Shown piece after piece: positions 27,472 through 38,003 of a DNA stretch of 54,550 bases (its first letter is position 1; every line of letters begins with the position of its first letter). The stretch comes from a virus (Duplodnaviria; Heunggongvirae; Uroviricota; Caudoviricetes), in IMG/VR virus record IMGVR_UViG_3300023184_000028, positions 1-54,550 of that record; one strand, 5' to 3'. Made by a program: the position numbers and the translations under genes. Below the pieces are notes generated by a model. That model saw only the letters and a program-made list of their open reading frames with translations. It did no database searches and was not told the origin of the DNA.

Positions 27472-27654
27472 ATGGGAAATCATTATCAAGTTAATTACAC
27501 TTTAGTATTTGAAGGGGGTAGTAAATCCAGACAAGCAACAACTCTTATTATGGAAAGTAACTCATCCTACGAGGCTGAAAGAAAAATTAGAGAAACTAAC
27601 AACATTAACACTAATGTAATTGAAATTCAAATCACTGACATTATTAAACGTTAA
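27472..27654 (+). CDS. Small hypothetical protein
   Basis: 60-aa ORF 2 nt after the PPIase and before a terminator. Confidence 0.55.
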   Translation: MGNHYQVNYTLVFEGGSKSRQATTLIMESNSSYEAERKIRETNNINTNVIEIQITDIIKR

Positions 27655-27657
27655 TTT

Positions 27658-27681
27658 AAAACCCCTTTTTTGAGGGGTTTT
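27658..27681. terminator. Bidirectional terminator
   Basis: AAAACCCCT-N6-AGGGGTTTT between convergent genes. Confidence 0.7.
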
Positions 27682-27687
27682 TAATTA

Positions 27688-28152
27688 TTAACAATAAGGT
27701 GGGGAACATCTTTTTTTCCCGTCTATTCCTGGCATTTTTCCTTTACAAACTTGGACTCCGTAACCATTTCCATAAGCAGATGGGTAGACTTTATACTTAG
27801 ATTTTGCGGCTGCTTTACCACGAGCACATAATTTAGTACCTGTTTTTTTACGACCTTCTGACATCATATCCATATCAGGTTGATTATTATCCTCGTGCTT
27901 AGTTTCATTCATTAAGAAATCAAATACTTGGTCAATAGATTCTTTAGCAGTCGCTATGTGGTCTTGAGCCCAATCATGACCATTTTCAAGAATTTCTTCA
28001 ATTTTGTCTTCATCCAATTCTAATAACAAATCACATTGTCTTTTAATCTGTTCTAAATTACTAAAGAACATATATCTTTCATTTTCTTGTTCAGATAAAA
28101 CTTTTTTAATTAATTTCTGAATATCTGATTCAGTTAGTTTTACAATTTTCAT
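27688..28152 (-). CDS. Hypothetical protein with LTESD leader and C-terminal YPSAY domain
   Basis: MKIVKLTESDIQKLIKKVLSE; DWAQDHI; LCARGK.AAK.K..VYPSAY.NGY.VQVCKG. Confidence 0.7.
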   Translation of the reverse strand: MKIVKLTESDIQKLIKKVLSEQENERYMFFSNLEQIKRQCDLLLELDEDKIEEILENGHDWAQDHIATAKESIDQVFDFLMNETKHEDNNQPDMDMMSEGRKKTGTKLCARGKAAAKSKYKVYPSAYGNGYGVQVCKGKMPGIDGKKRCSPPYC

Positions 28153-28153
28153 T

Positions 28154-29653
28154 TTATTTTTTATTAACTATTTGGAATTTTATTGTTCTTTTATAAGTAT
28201 CAACTTCCCCTGAAGTATTAACTTTAATATCTATATAATATTCATTTGGTAATTTATCTTTTGTATCAAACATAAAATAATATTCGTTTGTTGCTCTATT
28301 TAGTTTTTCCCAACTTTGAACCTGAACTTCCGTATTTCCCTCTCTAACATATATTCTATAATAAGCATCTACGTTTTGTAATAATTGTTTTGTGGTATAA
28401 GCCTTTTTAATTACCACACCAATTTTTCTTAAATCAGTATTAAGTATTTTTTCATCTTGTTTAATACCATAAAAATCAAATCCGTATATTTCAGGTTCTC
28501 TTGATTGTGAACCTATTATAATTCTATTCTTATATGGTTGTAAAACAAATTCATTTTCTATGTCAGATAAGGTATTACCATCATATTGTATGTCACCCCA
28601 AACATCATTAAAGACACATGGAGTTTTATAACCAATTATAGGGGGTATTTCAACCTCATAAACACCTTTTGTTCTTGGACATGACCTAAGTCCTGTTAAA
28701 GTGGGTATTAGGTCACCATTGGGGTCTAAAATAGATACAGTTGGATTTACATCCAATGTTGTTAAGTTTCCGTCAATATAAACATACAAATAAAGTTTAT
28801 TTGCTTTGTTTTCAACAAATAAATTTCTATCATCTTGAACTAAATCATTATATGTTGATAATAAATAAGGTTCGTAAAATGTTTGGGTAAATCTACTAAA
28901 GAATGACACACAATAGTTATTAGTTAAACCTGTAATAGTTTCAAACTCTGGCCTGTATGCTATCCCCCATCCTGAAACATTGGTAATAGTTCCGTTTAAG
29001 ATACCATTTATTTCATTAGTCATGTCAAAATTAATATCTTCATCACCTCTATCAAAATGTTGCGAATCAACAATAACTAATTGGTCGTAATTCACTCCTG
29101 ATATAGAACTATTAGTATTTGAATATACACCATATTCAGACCAATGAGTTAAATTATTTCTTTGAAACCAATTTGAGGGTCTGTCAGAATAGGATTTATC
29201 ACCTATTAATTTTTTGGCGATTAATTCTCCGTTATAGGCATTTAATTGGTCACTTGAATAATCATAACCAACTCCCTCGTCCCAATCTTGTACAGTTCCC
29301 GTATCTCCTGAAGTTAAAGGGATTCTGAATAAAATTAAATCAAATGAACTCGCTCTCCTTCTACTATCGGAATTCAGTGAGTTTAATAAATCCGCATCAA
29401 AACGAATTGTATTTGACATTGTTAATGTATGAGTTAAAGTATTTGTACATTCTGTTGTTATTATTCCTGATGAAATTTTTTCAAGCAATTCTGATAAATC
29501 TATATTGAATAAAAATCGGCTAAATCCTGTTGGGGATATAGACATATCATTACTACCAAAATATAAATCAGTTATTGGATTTCTACCCGTATTGGCTAAT
29601 GTGTTAGAAACTAACGTATTGTTTTTACTAAAATATGACCTGTGAGTTGACAT
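28154..29653 (-). CDS. Probable virion structural (tail/baseplate region) protein
   Basis: 499-aa beta-rich ORF with WDEGVGYD motif; adjacent to gp5-like gene; late motif upstream. Confidence 0.55.
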   Translation of the reverse strand: MSTHRSYFSKNNTLVSNTLANTGRNPITDLYFGSNDMSISPTGFSRFLFNIDLSELLEKISSGIITTECTNTLTHTLTMSNTIRFDADLLNSLNSDSRRRASSFDLILFRIPLTSGDTGTVQDWDEGVGYDYSSDQLNAYNGELIAKKLIGDKSYSDRPSNWFQRNNLTHWSEYGVYSNTNSSISGVNYDQLVIVDSQHFDRGDEDINFDMTNEINGILNGTITNVSGWGIAYRPEFETITGLTNNYCVSFFSRFTQTFYEPYLLSTYNDLVQDDRNLFVENKANKLYLYVYIDGNLTTLDVNPTVSILDPNGDLIPTLTGLRSCPRTKGVYEVEIPPIIGYKTPCVFNDVWGDIQYDGNTLSDIENEFVLQPYKNRIIIGSQSREPEIYGFDFYGIKQDEKILNTDLRKIGVVIKKAYTTKQLLQNVDAYYRIYVREGNTEVQVQSWEKLNRATNEYYFMFDTKDKLPNEYYIDIKVNTSGEVDTYKRTIKFQIVNKK

Positions 29654-29682
29654 TAATTGCGTTTAACAATAAATATCTATAA

Positions 29683-31251
29683 TTAGTTAATTCTAATATA
29701 TTGATTAAGAATTGTGTTAGATGCGTTTTGAAGTTGTTGTAATAAATCATCCACTTTCACTCCCCCACCAACAGGAACCGGCGGTGTCGGTGCTAATGGA
29801 TGTGTATGGGCAATTAAAAATTGAACAATTAAATTTAAAAATTTCATTAATTCGTCACCCCTAACCATAGGGTCCGTATTTGGTAATATATTTCTAACAA
29901 TATAATCTTGGTCAATACCACCTACAGTTGTACTATCTAAGTTAATTGCTTGTTTACTAGGTATTTTAGATTCGTGAGACAACATTAATAATTTATCGGC
30001 ACCCATAATATTATAAGTCGTAGATAATAACTGATAATCAATTTTTTTAAGTTCTTTTGTTCTAATTAAGGGTTGTTGTCCTGGTGTGTTTTTATCAAAA
30101 ATTAATCCAAATCCACCATCTCCCTCTGTTTTAAATTTAATTTTTTCTTTTACTTCTTTTACTTTGAGATATTCTGATGTACCAGTAGAAGTACTTACTT
30201 TAACCCATTTATAGGTTGAACTATCAGGTCTAAAAACTAATGGAAATTGATTACTTAAATCAATGATAGGAAACGTAGGTATATTGATTTGACCATCATT
30301 CGCTTGTTGAATAAACGTATTAATCGTATCAATTAAAGTATCTGTAGATAAATTATTTAAGGATATTGTATATATTAATGATTTGTCTATTGCCAAAACA
30401 TCAGTATCTATTTTTAAATTTTTAGTCGTGTATTCTTGTTTTTGAGGTAATCCGTATAATGTGATAACTAATGAAAAAAGTTGGTATTGATTTTCGGGAT
30501 TTACTATTTTCCATTCAATTAAGGAATTAACATATTTTATATTCTCATCTAATTTAATTGCAGATTCTGTACCTAAATCAGTAATCCTAACATCAAAATC
30601 CGATAATTGAACAAAGCTTCTCGTTTTTTTAACTGATATTTGTTGATATGGATTATCAGGTTTTGTTGTACTTTTACCGGCTCTTAGTAAGACATCATTG
30701 TTCTTAATAATGATGTCACAAGTTCCCCTTCCGATTAAAGCAACATCATCAGGTTCAGGAAAAACGCCTTTAGTACTTTCAAAAAAATATTTTGAATTTT
30801 CCTTATTTTTTAATAAAGGTGTTTCAAGAATTCTATCTCTAGTTGCAAATAATCTTGAAGCCTCTGAATTTTCGTTAAATATTGTTAATGATGATGAGAA
30901 AGTTCCCATAACATAATATTGTTCTTGAAATTTGTATTCAGGATTTGGCCATAAAATATTAACCGATTCTCCAATTTTAGGAGTCACCTTAATAAAAATA
31001 GGTAATAAAGGTAAAAAACAAAAAGGGTCTATTTTAGACCATTTAAATTCCGGTAGTAAATCAGTGTTATCATCATTTTTTGTTGATTTATTGTTGTATT
31101 TATCCGGTACCGAATCTAATATTGATTGTACATTTATACTGTCCAAAGGTGAATCAAAACGTACTCTAACTCTATTAAGCATAAGAGGGTCTTCATTTTC
31201 TTTAACTACTGCCGTCCATATGTACTTCCTATTATATTGATTTATTGCCAT
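29683..31251 (-). CDS. Baseplate hub/spike protein (gp5/VgrG-like OB fold)
   Basis: DPLMLNRVRVR and P.IGE.V OB-fold motifs, GRG..DI, C-terminal HTHP. Confidence 0.65.
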   Translation of the reverse strand: MAINQYNRKYIWTAVVKENEDPLMLNRVRVRFDSPLDSINVQSILDSVPDKYNNKSTKNDDNTDLLPEFKWSKIDPFCFLPLLPIFIKVTPKIGESVNILWPNPEYKFQEQYYVMGTFSSSLTIFNENSEASRLFATRDRILETPLLKNKENSKYFFESTKGVFPEPDDVALIGRGTCDIIIKNNDVLLRAGKSTTKPDNPYQQISVKKTRSFVQLSDFDVRITDLGTESAIKLDENIKYVNSLIEWKIVNPENQYQLFSLVITLYGLPQKQEYTTKNLKIDTDVLAIDKSLIYTISLNNLSTDTLIDTINTFIQQANDGQINIPTFPIIDLSNQFPLVFRPDSSTYKWVKVSTSTGTSEYLKVKEVKEKIKFKTEGDGGFGLIFDKNTPGQQPLIRTKELKKIDYQLLSTTYNIMGADKLLMLSHESKIPSKQAINLDSTTVGGIDQDYIVRNILPNTDPMVRGDELMKFLNLIVQFLIAHTHPLAPTPPVPVGGGVKVDDLLQQLQNASNTILNQYIRIN

Positions 31252-31447
31252 TTGTTCGTTTTTCGTATTCCTTTAGTATTTTATTATATAATAACTCTGT
31301 TTTATCTAAATGATAAGTTAATTTAATGATAGCATTCTTAGTTTGTTCAAAATCAGAACTCAAATATTCTAAAGAATAAATTAATTCTTTATTTGAACTC
31401 TCCTTTAAATTTTTAATAACATTATTTACATTTTCTCTATTATCCAT
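31232..31447 (-). CDS. Small coiled-coil hypothetical protein
   Basis: ORF within operon; start set to MDNREN. Confidence 0.6.
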   Translation of the reverse strand: MDNRENVNNVIKNLKESSNKELIYSLEYLSSDFEQTKNAIIKLTYHLDKTELLYNKILKEYEKRTNGNKSI

Positions 31448-31448
31448 A

Positions 31449-33344
31449 TTAATAAGACATTCCAAATATATCACCTGAAGGTAATGTAATCCCTGCGGGT
31501 GTCATAGTTAATGGTCCTACAAAAACCTGAGTTTTTCTATTAGTATTTTCATCTTCATTACCATTTATTTGCGCAAACATAGTTTGTAACCATAAATTTG
31601 GCGAACCATCTTCTAAAGGACCTGTTGGTAATCCTAATTTTTGAAGTTCATCAATAACATTAATAAAAGCTCTTGATTTAGAATATCCATCCAAGAATCT
31701 AGACGCAGCTAAAAGGTAAGAAGGTATTTTATTGCCTAAAGACCCTGCAGCCAAGTTTAGTAGTGCAAGTATTTCATCCACAACACTTTTACATTTCCTC
31801 CAATCATCAACAAATCTGGCAATAATTAAAACTAATTCAACCAATTTTAATATTATTATATATTTCTTTTTCGCTTTTTCTTTTACAATATCAGATAATA
31901 TATCACTTACAAGTGATTTAATATCTTTCTTTATAATATCAAATAATTCTTTTACAAATAATCCACCAATTTTTGACATTAGATTAATTACATATTTTTT
32001 GAATTTTTTAATAAAATCATTTAAAGATTCTATTGAATCACCAATAGTTTGTCCTATGGCTTTAGCCATAATTAATATTGGTAAAATAACTTTAGGCGAT
32101 ATTAACGCCATCATTATTGCTTTAGGTAAATTAGTTAAAAAACTTAAATCTGCAGTAAGTTTAATATCAACAGATGTTGGGATTAATAATTTCCATTTTT
32201 TATTTTCTGTTAGTAAATTTATTAAATTTTCAGCAATTTTTTGCTCCTCCTCAATTTTAGTTGCCGAATTAAATTTTAATAAACCATCAATAATTGTTTT
32301 ATTATCTACTGGTAATAGTACATTTTGACAATCCTCAAATTCAATAACTCCGTTTTTAATGTTAGATGTTGATTGGTCAATATCCCTTAAGTCAATATCG
32401 GTAAATTCAAAAAAAGATTCGTCAACACCATCTAATTCCGCGACTTTAGCATTACCACTAACATCAATTTCTTTTTTACCATCAAAACATAATCCAAGTA
32501 TTCTTTGTAATAAAAGTAAGAATTTATTTTTATCGTCTAATTCACCAGTTCCAATATTAGCTTCAAACGAGATTGAACCACAAATCATATCCATAAGATG
32601 TTGAAATAAATTATTCGTATCTATGATTTGTATTGATTTATAATAATCTGTTAAGAAATTAGAAATACTATTAACCGAATTAATTTTTGGTGATAAAACA
32701 ATCTTAAAAAAATCCCCAGTTATAGAACCATTTGTTTGTACGTAAGATATTTCAAATAGTTTTTGTCCTGAGGCACCAAAATAATCAACAGGAACATTTA
32801 AATGTTGTAGTCTGTCCCACATTTCTCTATTCATACTGTAAGGTATTGAATGTGGGGTTGGTGCCGTTTTTTCGTAAGCAACCGCTGAAGTATCTTCGGT
32901 AGGGTCTCTTTTTAACAGGTTTAAAAAATCAGTACTTTTAACCTTAATGTATATTGGCTGAGCAGTTTCGTAAGATTGTTGATGAGAACATCCTAAAGCT
33001 GAAATACCTTCATTTAAGATGACATCAAATATTTTTGGAGAAATTCGTAAGGCAGATTCAATAAACTTACTTTTAATATACCTCATTGTTGAAGAACCTG
33101 ACCCTGAATTAAACTGAACCATTGATAATAGTTCGTCTAATTGAGTTTTAATTTGTCTTTGGTATCTTTTTTTTTTGGTTTTTAAGTTCTCAACAGTTGT
33201 TGTTACTTTTTTTTTGTCTTTTTCTAAATTATCTTTGATTTGTTTTTTAAGTTTTTTGGCGTCTTTTTTTACTTCAAGGTAAGTTCTACTCGCCTTAATT
33301 TTTTGTTCAACCAAATTGTATGAATCCGATAAATCAATTGACAT
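31449..33344 (-). CDS. Large hypothetical (possibly structural) protein
   Basis: 631-aa ORF in the late minus-strand operon. Confidence 0.7.
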   Translation of the reverse strand: MSIDLSDSYNLVEQKIKASRTYLEVKKDAKKLKKQIKDNLEKDKKKVTTTVENLKTKKKRYQRQIKTQLDELLSMVQFNSGSGSSTMRYIKSKFIESALRISPKIFDVILNEGISALGCSHQQSYETAQPIYIKVKSTDFLNLLKRDPTEDTSAVAYEKTAPTPHSIPYSMNREMWDRLQHLNVPVDYFGASGQKLFEISYVQTNGSITGDFFKIVLSPKINSVNSISNFLTDYYKSIQIIDTNNLFQHLMDMICGSISFEANIGTGELDDKNKFLLLLQRILGLCFDGKKEIDVSGNAKVAELDGVDESFFEFTDIDLRDIDQSTSNIKNGVIEFEDCQNVLLPVDNKTIIDGLLKFNSATKIEEEQKIAENLINLLTENKKWKLLIPTSVDIKLTADLSFLTNLPKAIMMALISPKVILPILIMAKAIGQTIGDSIESLNDFIKKFKKYVINLMSKIGGLFVKELFDIIKKDIKSLVSDILSDIVKEKAKKKYIIILKLVELVLIIARFVDDWRKCKSVVDEILALLNLAAGSLGNKIPSYLLAASRFLDGYSKSRAFINVIDELQKLGLPTGPLEDGSPNLWLQTMFAQINGNEDENTNRKTQVFVGPLTMTPAGITLPSGDIFGMSY

Positions 33345-33712
33345 TACTTACTTAGTTTGTATTGTTGGCCTGCGTTTTCAACATCTCTATTAATAATAGA
33401 TTGAACTAAGTCATCATCTAAATCACTCAAAGTGAAATCTTCTTTTTCTGTGTTAGATTTCTCCCATATAGATGATTGTAATTTAGATAATGATAACTTT
33501 TTTTCAACACAGTCATTTATTATTTTTTGTTGTTCTTTAATGACAGGTCCTATGGTTTGCATATCCTCAGAGTCCTTCATCATAGCCAACATCTTATTTT
33601 GTATTCTTATTGCGGTGTTTCTTTGTTCAACAATTTCATTATAAACTTCTTGTAATACCGAAAGTATTGAATCTTTAGTGAATTTAATTTCTTTTTTCTT
33701 TGGTCTGCTCAT
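33344..33712 (-). CDS. Hypothetical coiled-coil protein
   Basis: 122-aa ORF with TATTTAT on the minus strand at 33725-33719. Confidence 0.7.
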   Translation of the reverse strand: MSRPKKKEIKFTKDSILSVLQEVYNEIVEQRNTAIRIQNKMLAMMKDSEDMQTIGPVIKEQQKIINDCVEKKLSLSKLQSSIWEKSNTEKEDFTLSDLDDDLVQSIINRDVENAGQQYKLSK

Positions 33713-33737
33713 AATACTATAAATATAGGTTTGATAA

Positions 33738-34496
33738 TTATTTTAACGTATTACCCAAAATGAATGAATATAGTTTTTTATATTTTTTCATAGAATTTCT
33801 AATTTCTTTTGTTGTTAAATTAGTCATTTCTCTTAAAGATAACAAAATTACATTTTTATTAAATTTGTTATTGTCAGCACTCATAAATATTGTTTCATAA
33901 TTGTCAAATAACTCTAATAACGCAATTCCGAGTTTTCTTTCATTATCATTCATTGGTTGTTCGTCAATATATAATTTTAATTCTAACTTAAACTTATTTA
34001 TTATTGTTTCAGAATCAACAGTATCAATATCAATTGAATATGAGAATTTTATATTTTCTTCTAATGATGAAGAGATATCTTCATACGATACTTTTCTATT
34101 TAATTCTTTTTGGTCTTTAATAATTTGACCCATTAAATAGTTTTTACATATGGTACCAAAATAAGAATACGCCTTCTTTTCTTTAGAAGGTTTAAACTTG
34201 TCTATTTTAGTCATTAAAAATGAATGAGTATCAACATGAATTTCTTGGAAATCCATATCTTTACGATATAATTTATATCTTCTAATAATAGAAGATATCA
34301 TTTTATCTAATGGGTCTCTGAGATATTGATTATAAATTTTGTTTCTTTCATCTGCAGAGGACTCAACTAAAAATAACCTAACAGCATTTTCTTCTCTAAC
34401 GTCAAAGTAATTTTCTTGTTTTGCCTTTCTACCTCTTTTTTTAATATCAATACCTTCATTTTCCGTAACACCTGTTGTTGAATTTAATACTTCCAT
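33738..34496 (-). CDS. Phage sigma factor, T4 gp55-like (late transcription)
   Basis: Region-2-like KIDKFKPSKEKKAYSYFGTICKNYL motif; N-terminal NYF. Confidence 0.7.
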   Translation of the reverse strand: MEVLNSTTGVTENEGIDIKKRGRKAKQENYFDVREENAVRLFLVESSADERNKIYNQYLRDPLDKMISSIIRRYKLYRKDMDFQEIHVDTHSFLMTKIDKFKPSKEKKAYSYFGTICKNYLMGQIIKDQKELNRKVSYEDISSSLEENIKFSYSIDIDTVDSETIINKFKLELKLYIDEQPMNDNERKLGIALLELFDNYETIFMSADNNKFNKNVILLSLREMTNLTTKEIRNSMKKYKKLYSFILGNTLK

Positions 34497-35299
34497 TAAA
34501 GGGATGGTTCATAGTTTAGTTTTCTTTCGTCTTTAAAAAAATATTCTTTCTTAGCGGATTCAACCCAAAATTTAACTTCATTTTCAGTTAAAACATCTGA
34601 ACCGTTTTTATAATTCCAAAAAATAGAACCTTCTCTTAAATTAACGTGTTTATAACCTATCTTAGGGATAGTCATCATTCTTACAGAATTAAATGTCAGT
34701 CTTAATAAAAATTCATATACAAATGTTAATTTAAAATTTGGTTTGATTCCGCCAAATTCTTCTATTGTTTCTTTCTTAATCACCATTCCTGATGTTTGAA
34801 AGTTTTGATATTCATGTAAAATATCATTAGTTAAAAATCCAACTTCTTGTGCGAAATTAGTTGCAAAAGTTGCTTCGTTTGTAAATCCGGCAAAAACACC
34901 TTTATCGTCAACATCAATGACTATAGGTAAAAATGCATTAACATCTTTATAAACCTCAGAGTATTTTTTAACGTTATTAAACCAAATTGATGCATATTCA
35001 TCATCAAATTCTAAAATAGATACCCATTTAGATGTTGATTTTTCAATTCCAAAATTTACTTGGTTAGCAAAACTAGGTTCATCTTTCCATTCTAGTTTTT
35101 TAATAGTTAATTCACCAAAATCAAATTCTTCTAAGAACTTAACAAGAATTTCTTCATCAGTGTGAACAATAACTAACTCATTTATTTGTGCTTTTTGTGA
35201 TTTCAACGATTCAATTGCTTTAGTAAAATATTCACTAAAATCTTTTGCGGTTGCAGTTTTAATAGGTAAAATTACCGATACATCAAATTTATTTTCCAT
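34496..35299 (-). CDS. Glycosyltransferase, GT2/GT-A fold
   Basis: DVSVILPI, N.GI..S..KWV..LEFDD. Confidence 0.75.
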   Translation of the reverse strand: MENKFDVSVILPIKTATAKDFSEYFTKAIESLKSQKAQINELVIVHTDEEILVKFLEEFDFGELTIKKLEWKDEPSFANQVNFGIEKSTSKWVSILEFDDEYASIWFNNVKKYSEVYKDVNAFLPIVIDVDDKGVFAGFTNEATFATNFAQEVGFLTNDILHEYQNFQTSGMVIKKETIEEFGGIKPNFKLTFVYEFLLRLTFNSVRMMTIPKIGYKHVNLREGSIFWNYKNGSDVLTENEVKFWVESAKKEYFFKDERKLNYEPSL

Positions 35300-35306
35300 A
35301 TTAATA

Positions 35307-36362
35307 TTAATTTTTTAATTTGTTTAATTGTTCTGTAAATGATTGCTCTCTTGATTCCAAATACCAAGAAAATAATTCATCAACTTTATCAGTAAAATTA
35401 TTTTCAGTGTATATCTCACTTACCGTTTTATCCATATCATCATACAATTCAGGTTTTATATTATCTTCTAACCAATTTTGTATAAAATCTGCAGTAAAAT
35501 CAATAATTTTATTTTCTTCTGAAATCCAAATACCATTTGTTTCATTAAGCCAAGAAGGTACTAAATTAGGTAATCTTCCAATTACAGGAACTCCACATTT
35601 CATTGATTCTAATGGGAAAGTACCATATCCACTTGTTTCATCTATCCACACACTCAAAAAACAATCTTTTAAAAATGATGAAAAATCAGATTCTGATAAT
35701 CCTCTCATATCTCTAAATGTTATCCATCTATATTGAGGATATTTTAGATAAAAAGTTTTAATAAAATTTAATGTTTTTCTTGCGTCTCTAGAATGAACTG
35801 CGATAACCGGCTTTTGAGGATATTTTGACTTTTCAAAAGACTCAGGAAGATATGGAGGTAACACATCAATAGAGATACTTCTCATAATTGTTGAAATGTG
35901 TTCTTTCTGAAATTCAGAAGTTGTAATACATTTGAAGAACCCGTAATTACCCCAACTAAATCCTGGTTTAAGTGTTTCCATCATATGGTCGTATGCCTGA
36001 CATAAAACAATTTTACCACAAGGTAAATCTTTTATCTGTTCCATAACAAAACCAAATATTTCAGGTATTATGATTAAATCCTCAGGTGAGATTTCTAAAT
36101 TTTGACCTTCAATTGCTCTATGAGGTAACTCAGTCATATAGTCTTCGCTTAACCATTGTCCGACACCCGTGTAATCAGGTTTTTCGTGTAATATAATAGG
36201 ATTGTATCCTTTATTTTTAAGTGCCATACCTAACTGATAGGTATATCTAATTCCTGCCTTAGGATTCCCTTTGGTATCCTGAGTGAATAAATAAATCCTT
36301 GATTTCTTTGATTTTAAATTCTCAATAGATTGTTCTAATTTCAATATTGTTTCTTGTTCCAT
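35307..36362 (-). CDS. Glycosyltransferase, GT-B (GT4-like)
   Basis: IIIPE and SGYGTFPLESMKCGVPVIG motifs. Confidence 0.75.
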   Translation of the reverse strand: MEQETILKLEQSIENLKSKKSRIYLFTQDTKGNPKAGIRYTYQLGMALKNKGYNPIILHEKPDYTGVGQWLSEDYMTELPHRAIEGQNLEISPEDLIIIPEIFGFVMEQIKDLPCGKIVLCQAYDHMMETLKPGFSWGNYGFFKCITTSEFQKEHISTIMRSISIDVLPPYLPESFEKSKYPQKPVIAVHSRDARKTLNFIKTFYLKYPQYRWITFRDMRGLSESDFSSFLKDCFLSVWIDETSGYGTFPLESMKCGVPVIGRLPNLVPSWLNETNGIWISEENKIIDFTADFIQNWLEDNIKPELYDDMDKTVSEIYTENNFTDKVDELFSWYLESREQSFTEQLNKLKN

Positions 36363-36365
36363 ATT

Positions 36366-36650
36366 TTAAAATGATTTTAATAGTTTTTTACTCATTAATG
36401 TGTTAAAGGCTAATTTGAATGGGATTGATAAATGATTAGCCGCTTTCCCACCTAATACATCATCAACTTCTTCATGTTCATCCATTAAAACTTCTAGCAT
36501 TAATTTTATTGTCTCATATTTTACTACACTAATATGATATTCATTTGTTTCTCCACTAGCCAATAACGGAGAATCTGATTTAATTTGGATGTAGTTATCT
36601 ATTTCATCTAAATCCAAGAAATAGTGCTCGTTCATTATTTTTAACATCAT
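36366..36650 (-). CDS. Hypothetical protein
   Basis: 94-aa ORF within operon. Confidence 0.65.
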   Translation of the reverse strand: MMLKIMNEHYFLDLDEIDNYIQIKSDSPLLASGETNEYHISVVKYETIKLMLEVLMDEHEEVDDVLGGKAANHLSIPFKLAFNTLMSKKLLKSF

Positions 36651-37252
36651 TAGTATTTTGTTATTTGGTTTATTATATCTTTAAGTTCTTTTATTGAACT
36701 TATTTCAAACTCACTTTTAATTTCTTTATTATATTCTGTATTATACTTTATAATAATTTTATTATTAGGATAGTTTAATAATAAGTCAGGATTTGATGTA
36801 AGTAAAACATCTATTTCATCCCACATAGAATTTATTGTAGAATTACTATAAAATTTTACCTTTTCAACCAAACATCCAAATTTTGATAAAAAAAATAAAG
36901 AAGCGGGTTTAGATTTTCCAATTTCATCTGATACTACTAAAATGTCATGCAAATCTCTTAATTGAATATAAAAATCATTTAAATCATTAAAAGACGAATA
37001 TTCTGAAGACTGAGCATGCCCAAAAATTTCCATGGGAAATTCTTCGTATAAAAAAGAAAATAATTCTTTATCCGTATCAAATTTAAAATGTTCTTGTATT
37101 TTTAAACTTGTAACAGGTAAATTCATTTCATACTTAAACCCATTTTCCTCCTCAATTCCATCAGTCTTATCTATCAAAAATTTTTGGTATGTCTTTTCAA
37201 TTTTATCTATAGTATTTCTAAGAACACCATTTATTTCTATACCAATTCTCAT
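36650..37252 (-). CDS. HAD/5'-nucleotidase-like protein with degenerate active site
   Basis: MRIGIEINGVLR resembles xIGIDxDGVL; C-terminal EYN. Confidence 0.55.
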   Translation of the reverse strand: MRIGIEINGVLRNTIDKIEKTYQKFLIDKTDGIEEENGFKYEMNLPVTSLKIQEHFKFDTDKELFSFLYEEFPMEIFGHAQSSEYSSFNDLNDFYIQLRDLHDILVVSDEIGKSKPASLFFLSKFGCLVEKVKFYSNSTINSMWDEIDVLLTSNPDLLLNYPNNKIIIKYNTEYNKEIKSEFEISSIKELKDIINQITKY

Positions 37253-37992
37253 TCTTCGTATTTTTTTAATATTTTAGTTATTAAAGGATTACGAACAACA
37301 TCGGAATCCTTAAACTCAAAGATACCAACATCATTCATATTAGTAAATCTTTTAATTGCATCCCACAATCCTGTTTGAGTTTTATCTCTATGTCTATCAA
37401 ATTGTTCTAAGTCACCTGAGATAAAAAATTTACTATTATACCCTATTCTTGTTAGTAATAATTTCATTTGATTTGGGGTTGAATTTTGAGCCTCCTCAAA
37501 AACTAATATGGAATTGTCAATATTCATACCTCTCATGTACGCGAGAGCAAATACCTCAATTACTTCCATTTCTTTAAGTTTTTCTCTCGCTTCTTTTCCG
37601 ATTATTTTATTCATTAAATAATATGATGGGAAAATGTAAGGGTCAAGTTTTTCCTCCACATTACCTGGAAGTGAACCTAATTTTTCTTCTGCTTCAACCG
37701 CAGGTCTAACAATAATAATTTTTTCATATGAATTTGCTGGGTCAGATAATAAATCCATTGCCGCCTTCATAGCAATATAACTTTTACCAACACCTGCAGG
37801 ACCAGAACATATCGTTATTTGATTAGTTGTTAAAAGTTCATAATATGTTTTTTGACTTTCAGATAAAAATTTTTCTTTGGTTTTTTTCTTGATTATTTGG
37901 AGTATTTGTTCTTTCTTAGTTAAATTTGGTTTATACTCAATTTCTTTATCTTTTTGTGGTTGAGATGAACCTCTTTTTCTTCTTTCTGTCAT
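37249..37992 (-). CDS. phoH: PhoH-family ATPase
   Basis: GPAGVGKS, RPAVEAEEKLG.LPG, LAYMRG, EEAQN, SGDLEQ.D, DVVRNPL. Confidence 0.93.
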   Translation of the reverse strand: MTERRKRGSSQPQKDKEIEYKPNLTKKEQILQIIKKKTKEKFLSESQKTYYELLTTNQITICSGPAGVGKSYIAMKAAMDLLSDPANSYEKIIIVRPAVEAEEKLGSLPGNVEEKLDPYIFPSYYLMNKIIGKEAREKLKEMEVIEVFALAYMRGMNIDNSILVFEEAQNSTPNQMKLLLTRIGYNSKFFISGDLEQFDRHRDKTQTGLWDAIKRFTNMNDVGIFEFKDSDVVRNPLITKILKKYEE

Positions 37993-38003
37993 TTTTTAAT
38001 TTT

